Assembly (NCBI GenBank): GCA_963765765.1
Contig: CAVXYC010000015.1
Coordinates: 32,001-96,000, forward strand
Reading direction: 5' to 3'
DNA from: an uncultured Chloroflexia bacterium
GTDB lineage: Bacteria > Chloroflexota > UBA6077 > JACCZL01
Length of the DNA: 64,000 bases
The position numbers and the translations under genes were made by a program. The notes below the pieces were generated by a model. The model was not told the DNA's origin, made no database searches, and saw nothing but the letters and a program-made list of their open reading frames with translations. This document shows positions 22,423-32,545 of this stretch, one piece after another. The first letter of the stretch is position 1, and each line of letters starts with the position of its first letter.

Positions 22423-22805
22423 GTGAAACACATCCCGCGCGCGCTCATTGGTCTGACAGCAACGCTGGCTGCCCTCGGTTCGTTCGGGTGTTCGCCGGTA
22501 CAGTCACCCGCGGGCCAGTTGCAGGCGCCTACTCCACCGCCCACGGTAGCAGTGAGCGGCATCCACGTCACGCCCCCGGACAGGTCGGTGGCGCGTATCG
22601 AATCGAAGCGACCATCAACCACACGACCTCTGGCGGCCCGGCCGACATCACCTTCCGTCTACGGAACAAGACGACGAGCGAAATCATCGAGTCGTCGGGC
22701 GGAGTAAATCTCACGCCGGGCGTGGCGCTCGCTGCTGTCGCAGAGCTGAGGGCGCCAGAAGGCGACTACACGCCGGAAGTCGAAGTCAAGTATCCAGCGC
22801 GCTAG
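22423..22805 (+). CDS. Small lipoprotein with beta-rich domain (indel ~22578)
   Basis: LAALGSFGC lipobox-like segment; second frame YRIEATINH...EVEVKYPAR*. Confidence 0.55.
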
Positions 22806-22980
22806 GGCATGTGTGATGGACCTTGGCGGCTTCCAGCCGGTCGCCCTTCGGGGCTGGCGCGGCGGCGCCGGCTGCTTTGTACCCACAGCTTCGAGTCACG
22901 ACCACGACCTACCCTGCCTGGCCTCGTAAGGCTGACGACCCATAAGTGCCAGATATTTCGATTGGCGCTCGCGAAGGACC

Positions 22981-25154
22981 CTAGGACATCCGTAGACGGC
23001 TCGCCCGCGCTGCGCGACTCAAGCGGTGTTCCCACCGCCATATACCAAGCAGCACGGCCAAGGAAGCGATCGAGACGAGCAGGCCGGCCTCGAATCCGGC
23101 CGGAAGTACCGCAAGGTGATGGTGTGGCTGCCGGGTGCTAGTTGGACTCCGACTAGAGCGCCATCAACGGCGGCGACGGAGGCGGGCTCACCGTCCATCC
23201 GCGCTGTCCAGCCCGGATACCAGGGCTGGATTGTCACCAGCCAGCCTGGCCCCTCGGCCTGTATCTGGAGGAAACCAGAGCTCTCGTCGATCACGCTGGC
23301 CGGCCCGGGCGGCGCTAGCGGCTCTCGGGTGGTGGCGTCGGGCAAAGCGATGCAGGATTCCCGCGGAAAACCTGGCTCCCGTACCTGGAGCGCGGTGCCT
23401 GGCCACACGAGCGGGCGACCCAGGCTCGTGGTGGAGCCGGTTCCACAACTCCGAGCGATCTCTTCTCGCGATCGAACCAGCGGCTGTAGCCCAGTAATCG
23501 CAGGACCGGGTCATCGGGCCGAGTGATGTCGAAGGCGACCCCCGGGGTCGGATTGCCGAGCAGGAGCGCGGTGTACGCGCTATTGAAGAGAGCCGAATAC
23601 CCTGGCCGGGCTGCACCACTCGCGCTACGGGCCCATAATTCGCCAGGATCGCGCCTCCATCGCCGGCAACAACCACCCGATCCTGTCCCCGCATCGCCTC
23701 TGATTGGGAAATGTAGCCTCGAGGGTCCGACTGTGGAGCTCGAAACGGCTGCAGCACGAGCGTCAGCTCGCAAATTGCCAGCGCAAGCTGCGCCTGGGGC
23801 GCCCATGACGGCGGCAGGATCGCCGCAAGCGCCATGAGCGCCAGGACCAGGGCCGCGCCTTGCAAGCCGGGCGCTGCGAGTGCTGCCATGGACGCGGCGT
23901 CGGATGGCAGAGGCGGTGAGCCGGCCCCTCCAACGAGAGCCGCTAGAGGAGGGAACCATCTGCTGAACGTCAGGCTACCAATGACAAGCAGCCCCGCGCC
24001 GGCCAGGGCGGTCAGAGCGAAGCGCTGGCCGCGCAACCGCTGAATCCCCAATCCGGCGGCGAGCGACAGGGCCAGAGCAGCCAGACCCAGGTGTTTGCTC
24101 GGAATTCGAAATGTCTCGTAGCCCGGGCAGTATCTTCTGAACCCAGGCGTACCAGGGCACGTAGCGCCCGAAGGCGAGCGCAATAGCCAGAGCGGCGCAG
24201 CCCCAGCAGATCCAGCGCCAGCGTCCTTGCGCGCGGAAGGCGGCCACGAGCGGTACCACGCCAATGTACAGCAGGCGCTCATGCCATTCGTAGCCCGGAA
24301 CCGGGCCAGTAACCGCCCCGAGGTCGCCGAGAATCGTCGGTCCCAGCATCAGGAGCAGATGCCAGGGCGGCAGCGACGCTCCGGTGATGAAGTCCCAACC
24401 CATCCCGAATTGTCGAATGGAGACCGAGTAGAGCGCGGCGGTGGGCAGGAGCTGGACGGCGGCCAGGCCGCTCCCGAGCGCCAGACCAATGCCCACCCGG
24501 GCCAGCGCCTCGATCGCGGCCCTGAGTCCGTCCGCATGCCGAAAGCAGCGCCCACAGGTAGCCACCAGGAGGGCGAAGATGAGGAATTCCGGCCGCCCCG
24601 CCAGGATCATCAGCCAGACCACCAGTGCGAGAATGACAGTGGCCGGGCGCTGTCGAATTTGTATCGCAAGCCCGGTCGCGAGTGGCAGCCAGGCGCCGCC
24701 TTCGACCCAGTTCAGGTGACCGGCCCATAGCCGCGCGGTCATGGCGCTGCCGAGGGCATAGGCCACGCCGCTCAGAACCTGGCCTTCCCTGCTTGCCCCG
24801 AGCCTCCCTGCGCACCAGGCGGCGGCGAGTCCGGCCAGGAGAATATGCACGCCCTGACCCCAGTTCATCGCCGGGATCGGCGGCATCCAGACGAAGGCCC
24901 AGTGGAGCGGATAGAGATAGGCCGTCTGGGGGTGAGCGAAGGCCGGCACACCGCTGAAGGTATACGGGTTCCAGAACGGGAATCTGACCGGCGGCAAGAG
25001 CGTCCCGCCAGAGCACTTCCCAGGGGTAATAAATCAGCACAGCATCACCCCCGGAGACGATGTGACCTGTCGTTGTCCACATCGGCCAGAGCAGCACGCT
25101 CAGCAGCGCCGCTAAGACAGCCGTATGGCCAAAGCCACGCTGGTCCCCGCGCAA
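22981..25154 (-). CDS. YfhO-family GT-C membrane glycosyltransferase (many indels)
   Basis: DAVLIYYP, PFWNPYTFSGVP, AVQLLP, LYIG, WYPGWTARMDG, L.PGSH.ITLRY. Confidence 0.75.
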
Positions 25155-26007
25155 GCGAGTGCCACGCGGGCAACTTCCCTACAACGGTCACCACCCGCAC
25201 GAGCCCCGGGGTGTGCGGCGGGGGCAGTTCACACGAGAGTACGAGTCGCGATGCGCGGCCAGCGGGGATACAAAGGAGCTCGCGTCCAGTCGAACCCGAG
25301 CGGCGGTGGGAAACAGATTCAGCGGGTTCATACGAGAATCGAGGGGGAGAACTGATGGAAGAATGAGTCAAGGACCATCCTTGTTGCGACCCCGGGGCCA
25401 GACCGAGGTAGAGAGTTGCACCGATAAAGACCAGGATGAACGCGATTGCTTGACCGACCGCGCTGCATGAGCCGCTTCCCGCGGGTTAGTGCCGCGAGAC
25501 GAGGCCCTCCGTGAGTAGCCTGCCCGGAGCTGCCAAGTGCCGATGCCGACGCGTGGGGTGAAAAATCTATCGTCCACGGCGTGGACCACTGAGACCATTG
25601 TGCCTTTACCGTTGCAGCCGAGCGCCGCAGTCGAGATTCAGGGCACGGTGCCGCTCCCGCCTCAAGCAGTGGGTGGATTCTAGGGACCGGTGCTGACACC
25701 AGGCAATCGTTCAGTGGAGCCCCCGTTGTCCCGCGAGCCACGCTGGAATAATGGAATTGGCAGGACACGTGTTCGGCAGCGCACAATACGTCCGTGCTGA
25801 CCGGGCGGGACGAGCCGCGAGGCCCGAGATAGTTACAGAGGAGCTCATGACTGATAGAGAAGAGAGTCACAGGGATCGGCCAGTCCGAGAGCCTTAGAGT
25901 GACGCAAAGGAGCCTCCCGATCAGGCCGACGCCACGCTGAGGAGGATTCCTGGGATCGAATCGGTCGAGCAATCGACCGATTCCTGCCAACCGAGCTGCA
26001 CATCCGA

Positions 26008-27212
26008 TTGCTCTGGCTGCTGCTGCTGGCGAGCTTGTTGCTGCGACTATTCTGGCTTGCCCGACCCGAGGGCGCGCTCATTTTCGACGAGAGCTACTAC
26101 GTGAATGCCGCTCGTGTGATCGCCGGGCTCCCGACAACTCAAGATCGTTACCCTAACGCTCCAGTCGGGCTTGATCCGAACACGGAGCACCCGCCGCTCG
26201 CCAAGCTCATCGTGGCCGGCTCGATTCGCGTGCTCGGGGACAACGCATATGGCTGGCGCATCCCCAGCGTCGTCTTCGGAACGCTGAGTATTGTGCTGAT
26301 GTACGGGATCACCCGTCGTCTGGGCGCTGGCCCGTACGTGGCGTTGCTGGCGGCTACACTCCTGGCGTTCGATAACCTGGTGTTCGTCCACAGCCGTATT
26401 TTTACGCTGGACATCTTCCAGCTCACCTTCATGCTCCTGGGCCTCTACTGGTACGTCGACCGACGCGCTACCCTTTCTGGCGTGGGGTTCGCGCTGGCCG
26501 CGCTCTGCAAGATTGGCGGGATATTTGGACCGCTCGCACTGATCGTCTATGAAGGCCTGCGTCTGGTACGCCGGGAGGGGCCGTGGCAGGCGGATCTGCG
26601 GCGCGCAACTCGGCGCCTGGTGCGCATGGGCGTCACCTTCATCGTCGCGTTCCTGCTGCTCCTGGGCATCACCGACCGCCTCTGGGTGGGGTACAGCCAG
26701 CCCTTTGAGCATCTCCAGCGGATCGTTGGCTACGGTCAACTACTCCGACGCGAGATTCCCCAGGGCATCGAGAGCTACCCCTGGCAGTGGCTCTGGAACG
26801 ACATCGAGATACCGTACCTGCGGGTTGACCAGGAGGTACGGGTGGGCGACGAGGTGCGTGAGAAGCGGCCGCTCATTTACTTCCTCGGAGCTATGAACCC
26901 ATTTGTCCTCGAGCTGTGGCCGTTGGCGCTTGCCTTCGTAGCCTACGCGTGGTGGTCGCGTCGACCGGAGCCGACCTGGGAGCGCTTGCGCTCGCCTGGT
27001 TCGCGGTGACCTATTTACCATTCGTCGTCCTGTCGCTGATCGGTCAGCGGATCTCCTACCTCTTTTACTTTCTCCCAAGCCTCCCGGCCATCGTGCTGGC
27101 TGGCAGCTACTTCTTGTTGAACATAGGTCTTCCCCGAGTGGTCATATGGACCTACGTCGGGGCTGTGCTACTCGCTTTCTACGGGTACTTCCCGTTCAAA
27201 CCCGTACCGTAG
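26008..27212 (+). CDS. pmt: PMT/GT39-like protein O-mannosyltransferase (start may be ~25847; indel ~26970)
   Basis: IFDESYYV, EHPPLAKLI, YGWR, DNL.FVHSR..TLD, SYPWQW, YLFYFLP. Confidence 0.8.
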
Positions 27213-27269
27213 GTAGCAGCAGCGGGCATTCCGATCTGCCCGCTGGTCGGCGGTCTGCCTGACCTGGAC

Positions 27270-27540
27270 TCAGGTGGCAGAGTGGCCGTTGTTGTCCGTG
27301 CAATAGGCCTGGGTGGTGAATTTGCTGATGAACGCGACCCAGCGCCCGTCGGGCTGCTCAGCCATGGTGCCGCTGTCTTGCCAGATGCCGTTCTCGCCCC
27401 ACCATGGGGAGTCGGCGGGATCACCCTGGTTCTGGTGGACGTTGTGCATGCCCAGGCCGGCCGTGAACGGCTCGCCCCACACGAGGATGCACTTGCCCGG
27501 GTGCACGATGCCTTCCAGGGCAGTGCTACGCCCAGAGGGT
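27270..27540 (-). pseudogene. C-terminal fragment of DUF2278/YukJ-like protein
   Basis: WGEPF..GMHNVHQNQG...NGIWQD..TQA..TD. Confidence 0.55.
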
Positions 27541-27728
27541 GTCGCCACTGGAACCGCCGACATCCTGTCGGCCCGGCCCCTAAAGGCCGCCTCCCGCACA
27601 CCATCGCCACCGAAGTCGAGTTCCCCGCCTGTGGCCCACTTGCAGCGTAGTCGGCGACGTTCCCTGCAACGGGAGCTTTCGGGAGGAGACTTTATGCTAC
27701 GGAAAACGCACCCAAGTTCCAGCCGCCC

Positions 27729-27757
27729 TGTCATCCTAAGCGTCTAGCGAAGGATCT
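27729..27757. repeat. Family D REP, left copy
   Basis: TGTCATCCTAAGCGTCTAGCGAAGGATCT, inverted to 28189-28215. Confidence 0.7.
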
Positions 27758-27807
27758 TGTATCTTGAAATCCCAGCCCGTGGGCTGGGGATAACCCGCCG
27801 TCGTTGT

Positions 27808-28157
27808 CCGGGGGCTGCTGACGCGCCAGCAGGTGGCTTCGCTAGTCGGGTGGCCCCCTGGAACCGGGACAGCGGCAGCACGCAGGGCGGCGCCAGACGT
27901 GGGGCGGGCGCCGATCGGTGCGCGGCGCCCTGTATATGGGCACCTTGGTGGCCACGCGGTGCAACGGGGTGATCCGCGCGTTCTACCAGCGGCTGCTGAC
28001 CGCGGGGAAACCGAAGAAGGTGGCCTTGATCGCCTGCATGCGGAAACTCCTCACCACTCTGAACGCGATGAAGCGCACCGGCCAGTCATGGAACCCTCCG
28101 ATCCCATCCCCCGCCACCGAAACGGAGGCTGCGGCTTGATACGTCAAGACAGTTGCT
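27808..28157 (+). mobile_element. IS110-family remnant (recombinase C-terminus plus probable right end)
   Basis: QVASLVG/APWNRDSG, ALYMGTLVA.R.N..I..FYQRL...GKPKKVALIACMRKLL; TGA then CAAGACAGTTGCT. Confidence 0.8.
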
Positions 28158-28188
28158 TTCCCGACGGCAACCTGGACACTGCTGGGGA

Positions 28189-28215
28189 AGATCCTTCGCT
28201 GCGCTCCAGGATGGA
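28189..28215. repeat. Family D REP, right copy
   Basis: AGATCCTTCGCTGCGCTCCAGGATGGA. Confidence 0.7.
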
Positions 28216-28373
28216 ATGGTGGCCTGATGCAGGATAGAGAAGACAGGGCGAAGAACGCTGGATAGTAAATGGCGTCAGACCGCTTAACCGAACCTCGCGC
28301 CAGAATGGTGGAATTGAAACTCGCCCGGCTCGCGCTCTCCGGAATGAGACCGCGAGCCGGGCGAGGCGTTTGC

Positions 28374-29089
28374 TCAAGGCTGACACCTCCGCGCGGCTGG
28401 AAGCCCCGAATCGGTGCGGTGCCTTGAGTGGGGGAGTTGCCCTCGGTTGGGGAGTTCCCGGTTTGGGGACGGCCGCCTCGCTGGCCCGCGTTCGCTGGCG
28501 CCTGACGATTGAGCTGCTGGTCTATCCGCTGATCGAGGCTCTGCTTCATAGCGTTCGCCTGCTCCGCAGTGAGCCGACCTGCAGTTACCGCCTGGTCGAT
28601 TCGCGTGATCGCCTCGTTCTTGAGAGCGCTCCCTACCGTGTTGGGGTCGACGCCATGCGCCCGTGCGACGTCAGCAAGCGTCTTGCCCGCAAGCTCCTGG
28701 CGTAGTTGGTTTGCTTCAATTCCGATTGCCCGCGCGGCTGCGTCAAGGCCAATGCCTGGTCCACCGCGCCCGCCCTGTGCACCGGACTTGGTATGCCCGC
28801 CCTGGCCGCGCTCAGGGATTCCAAGCTCTTGCCGTGTCTGTTGCATGGCCTGCTTGAGCTGGTCGACCGTGACATTCAGTTTGGCGGCCAGTGCCGCGAG
28901 GAAATTGTCCTGCTGGGCCTCCCGGTCGGCGCCCTGCGTCCCTGTGACGCCCTGACGGGGAGTCGGTGACTGGGCGGGGGTGGGCGTTTGTTGCGCCGAG
29001 ACCGTACCGGCTGCCATGCCGCCGAGCACGACGGTTGCCCCGCCAACGGCCAGCACTGCGACTGCCCGCTTCAATCCGTTCGAAACCAT
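28374..29089 (-). CDS. Hypothetical secreted helical protein (3' end uncertain)
   Basis: Signal ..GTVSA; LAAKLNVTVDQL, GKTLADVA, AVTAGRLTAEQA; GGAGG RBS. Confidence 0.6.
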
Positions 29090-29325
29090 GGTCCTGAGAC
29101 CTCCAATGTGTTGAGGCCAGCGGCGGCTTCTCCCGCCTACCGCGCCTCACATTGGTCACTTTAGGAAGCGAACCTTGGACAATCCTGAGAAAATCGATGC
29201 ATCCATGTGAATCGAGAGACTGACGGACGCACCGGGACGGAAATGCTCAGCGACTGCATGCGAGCTCGAGCGTCGGAAAAGATGGGCAGGGCCAGGCCTG
29301 AATGCGGTTAGGGTGATGCAGAAGA

Positions 29326-29405
29326 TGGTGGGACAGGCGTCTCTGCCTGTCTCATCGGAGGCCGGTTGCGGAGCCACAGGGCGCGCAGAGATGCCTGTCC
29401 CACCA
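29326..29405. repeat. Family B REP doublet, second copy
   Basis: TGGTGGGACAGGCGTCTCTGCCTGTC ... GCAGAGATGCCTGTCCCACCA. Confidence 0.8.
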
Positions 29406-29498
29406 GTCAAGATCGTGGTCACGCCTCTTTACTAACCTCATTGGGCTTGCTCTCACCCGGCCGAGCTTCCGCGTGAACGGAGCAGAAATAAAAGGGGG

Positions 29499-29969
29499 CT
29501 ACGCTCCGACTTCCAAATCGTGCCGCCGAGCAATCTCAACGAGCTTTGGCACGTCCGGCGCCTCCGGTGCGATCTCCCGGTCAAGCTCCGCGAAGAAATG
29601 CGACGCGGCCTCTCGGGACGTCATCGAGAGCATCGCCCCGCCGCCCTTACCAAATCTGAACCAGTGGGTAGTTCCCGCGGGCAAGTGAACCAGCGTGCCT
29701 GTCGTTGCAGTGAGCTCCTTCTCGTCGATCCCGAAGGCGATCTCGCCTTGAAGCACATAGAAGGCTTCATCCCAGGGATGGTTGTGTGGAGGCGGCCCCG
29801 AGCCTTCTGGGCCGGCCTGATGGAATATCTCATAGCTGCCTGTCTGCGCTCCCGACGCAAGCACTCTGATCTGCTCGCCAACGACGTTGAGTGCAGTTGG
29901 TCCGTCCGGCAGCACTACCAGAGGATCGCGCGCCGAATCCATGGCGACGGTGGCTGGAGTCTGTGTCAT
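29499..29969 (-). CDS. Cupin domain protein (quercetinase-like)
   Basis: PPPHNHPWDEAFYVLQG, P.GTTH.F. Confidence 0.8.
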   Translation of the reverse strand: MTQTPATVAMDSARDPLVVLPDGPTALNVVGEQIRVLASGAQTGSYEIFHQAGPEGSGPPPHNHPWDEAFYVLQGEIAFGIDEKELTATTGTLVHLPAGTTHWFRFGKGGGAMLSMTSREAASHFFAELDREIAPEAPDVPKLVEIARRHDLEVGA

Positions 29970-30139
29970 GGTCGTGCCCCAATGCTGAGAAGTGTGCGTC
30001 CCGTGGACGCAGATGCTTGATCCACCTTAGCACCAAGTTAAACGATGCACGAGAATTGACAATCGTGGGTTCCCTGCCCGTCGGCAGGGCTATGATGCTG
30101 CTGAGATGCTCGCTGCACCCACTCGGAGGATTCGCAATC

Positions 30140-30666
30140 ATGCCTTCTATCGCACGACTCGGTCACGTCGGTATTCACGCCCACGATCTGGAAACCTGGT
30201 GACGTTCTATAGGGATGTGCTGGGACTTCAGGTGACGGATGAGGAGCCACGGGCGGGAATGGTCTTCATGAGCGCCCGTCCCGAGGAGGAGCACCATGAG
30301 CTACTCCTATGTTCCGGGCGCAACGTGGAGGATCGGGACGCCCACCTTCTCCAGCAGGTGTCATTTCGCTGCGACAGTCTGGATGACGTCATCGGCTACT
30401 ACAGGACGTTCCGGGAGCACCAGGTGCCCATTGACATGATCGTGTCGCACGGAAACGCCGTGGGACTCTACTTCCGCGATCCCGAGGGAAATCGCTGCGA
30501 AGTGTACTGGGGCACCGGGCTCAAAGCGCGACAGCCATATCTAGAGATGGTCAATCTAGAGGAAGAGCCAGACGAGATCATGCGCAAGATCCGTGAATCC
30601 GTGGCCGTGCACGGAGAGACGGGCGTGGTGGATCGCCGAGCGCTGGAGGCCCAGGATATTCGCTGA
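30140..30666 (+). CDS. VOC/glyoxalase family protein (indel ~30195)
   Basis: RLGHVGI, FYRDVLG, HHEL, HGNA..YFRDPEGN..E. Confidence 0.8.
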
Positions 30667-30709
30667 TACGCTACCATCCGACGAAATTGCCACATGACGG
30701 AGGCGAGGA

Positions 30710-31174
30710 ATGGCCGCTTCGATTGATCCGGCAAAGCTTGAAATGGTGCGAGAGATCAGCACGGCGGAGGCGTGGGCTGTGCTGCCCACGGCTCGCCCTG
30801 ACGGAACCGTTCAGTCGTCCATAGTCACGGCTAGACTGTCGGAGCACCCCAAGACCGGCGAGCCTGTCGTCGCATTCCTGTGTCGCGGTGGAACGGTGAA
30901 GATTCGAAACATGCGGCTGAGCCCGCGCGCAACCATCACCTTCCGGACGGGCTCGCGTTGGGTGACGATCGAAGGAGACCTGACGTTGGTGGGCCCGGAC
31001 GATCCAGCGAAGGGCTTCTCTCAGGATGAAGTGCCTGAGCTGCTGCGGAAGATCCAGACGGCGCTACGCGGTGACAACGACGATTGGCCCGCGTTTGACA
31101 AAACCATGGTTGAGCAGCGGCGTGCCGCTGCGTACATCAGCCTGGAACGAATCTATACGAACCCGGGTCGATAG
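30710..31174 (+). CDS. PPOX-class (probably F420-dependent) oxidoreductase
   Basis: T.RPDG..QSS, KIRNMR..PRAT, WVTIEG, MVEQRR. Confidence 0.75.
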   Translation: MAASIDPAKLEMVREISTAEAWAVLPTARPDGTVQSSIVTARLSEHPKTGEPVVAFLCRGGTVKIRNMRLSPRATITFRTGSRWVTIEGDLTLVGPDDPAKGFSQDEVPELLRKIQTALRGDNDDWPAFDKTMVEQRRAAAYISLERIYTNPGR

Positions 31175-31248
31175 CGGAAATAGCGAAGAGCAGCACAAAA
31201 GGCGACCGAGTCTCGGTCGCCTTTTGTGCTGCTCTTCGCTATTTCCGC
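31174..31248. terminator. 75-bp perfect palindrome, probable bidirectional terminator
   Basis: 37-bp exact arms around T31211; AAAA/TTTT flank a GC core; lies between convergent genes. Confidence 0.8.
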
Positions 31249-31254
31249 CACTGG

Positions 31255-31647
31255 CTAATTGTTGTCGTTCTCTTGCCCATTGTCGTTCTCTTGCTCGTTG
31301 TCGTTCTTAGCCTGGTTGTCGTTGGTTGGATTGTCGGTAGCCAGTGATGCCGAACCAGGGCCGCCTTCGCAATCGGGGCCGTACTTAAGATAGGGGCTCG
31401 CATCGAAGTTTGAGGGCTGGCCGGCCGCGTTCCAGGCTTCCAGTAATGCGCGGGCCGCTGCGCGATCCACATTACCCTGGCCGTTCAGCGGGGCTCCGAT
31501 CGAGTAGAGCGACTGATACGGCGCGTCGTCGAGACCTCCGCCTGGCCACGCATCGCACGCCCCTGCTTGTTGCGTCGGCATACTAAGCCAAACGGCTGCG
31601 ATGGACAGGAGCCCTGTCACGCCAATGATTTTCACTTTCGCAAACAT
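31255..31647 (-). CDS. Hypothetical secreted protein with C-terminal NDN repeats
   Basis: Signal ..QAGA; NDNQAKNDNEQENDNGQENDNN; GGAGG RBS. Confidence 0.55.
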   Translation of the reverse strand: MFAKVKIIGVTGLLSIAAVWLSMPTQQAGACDAWPGGGLDDAPYQSLYSIGAPLNGQGNVDRAAARALLEAWNAAGQPSNFDASPYLKYGPDCEGGPGSASLATDNPTNDNQAKNDNEQENDNGQENDNN

Positions 31648-31862
31648 AACCGCGTCTCCTCCTGCCGGTGTCCTGAAAGGGCAGTGCACGAAAATCACCG
31701 TCGTCAGGACTTACCAGTAGATTAAACGTCACGACATGCGACCCGTTGCGTTTTTTCTGGCCGTTTCCTGAATGCTCGCGTTTTGGGCGCGGTTGCCGCG
31801 GCCGTGAAGCCTCACCTATGCTCGCTGGTCGCTGATCTTGCAGTTGGGGCTACAACCGCACA

Positions 31863-32327
31863 GTGAATTTTGAAGGCTCGATATCAATCAAAGCGCCCCG
31901 CGCAGAGGTGTGGGATCTACTGCTCGACATCGACCGATTTGCTGCCTGTGTGCCAGGTGTGGAATCGGTGACGCAAGTGGACGAGCGGACATTTGACGGC
32001 GTCATTCTGGCGACCGTTGGACCGATGTCCGGCAAGTTCTCATTTCGGGCGCAGATCACCGAAAGCACGCCGCCCAGCCAGATGGTGACCGAGCTTATCG
32101 GAACGGACTCGGTTACCAAGAGTACCGTCAGCTCATCTACCAACATGACGCTGGCCTCCGTGTCAGACGAGCAGACGGAGCTACGCTACGTCTCGAACGT
32201 TGACATCAAAGGACGGCTTGCCATCCTGGGCGACATGGTAATGCGGGCAACGGCCACGCTTATGCTGGAAGAGTTCGGAAACCGCGTGAGGAGAGAGCTC
32301 GAGGGCGGGCGGAGCACCGAAAGCTAA
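31863..32327 (+). CDS. CoxG/SRPBCC family protein
   Basis: VWDLLLD....ACVPG, VGPMSG.F, G.LAILG. Confidence 0.8.
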   Translation: MNFEGSISIKAPRAEVWDLLLDIDRFAACVPGVESVTQVDERTFDGVILATVGPMSGKFSFRAQITESTPPSQMVTELIGTDSVTKSTVSSSTNMTLASVSDEQTELRYVSNVDIKGRLAILGDMVMRATATLMLEEFGNRVRRELEGGRSTES

Positions 32328-32346
32328 TCGGCTCTTTCACGGAGGC

Positions 32347-32378
32347 CTGTCATCCTTCGCTGCGCTCCGGGATAACAG
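32347..32378. repeat. Family D REP, single copy
   Basis: CTGTCATCCTTCGCTGCGCTCCGGGATAACAG. Confidence 0.65.
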
Positions 32379-32545
32379 TGATCTGATACGAGGTCACCGT
32401 CAATGGCTTAGAGCTCTGGTGAGACGATGTTGGCCGGATGCGTGCCTCAGGTGGGATCAGCGCACGCCGTCTAGGTCGAGTGCGTTGCTGACCTCACCCG
32501 GACTCCCCTATCCTGACTGTTCTCAGGACCGATGGGGGTAGGCAG

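Noticed and set aside
27983-28373. C-terminal extension of ORF 27983-29089
   Set aside because: Reads through a REP and antisense IS110 sequence; probably an indel artefact.
31863-32327. CO dehydrogenase cluster
   Set aside because: CoxG-like gene is alone; no coxLMS in the window.
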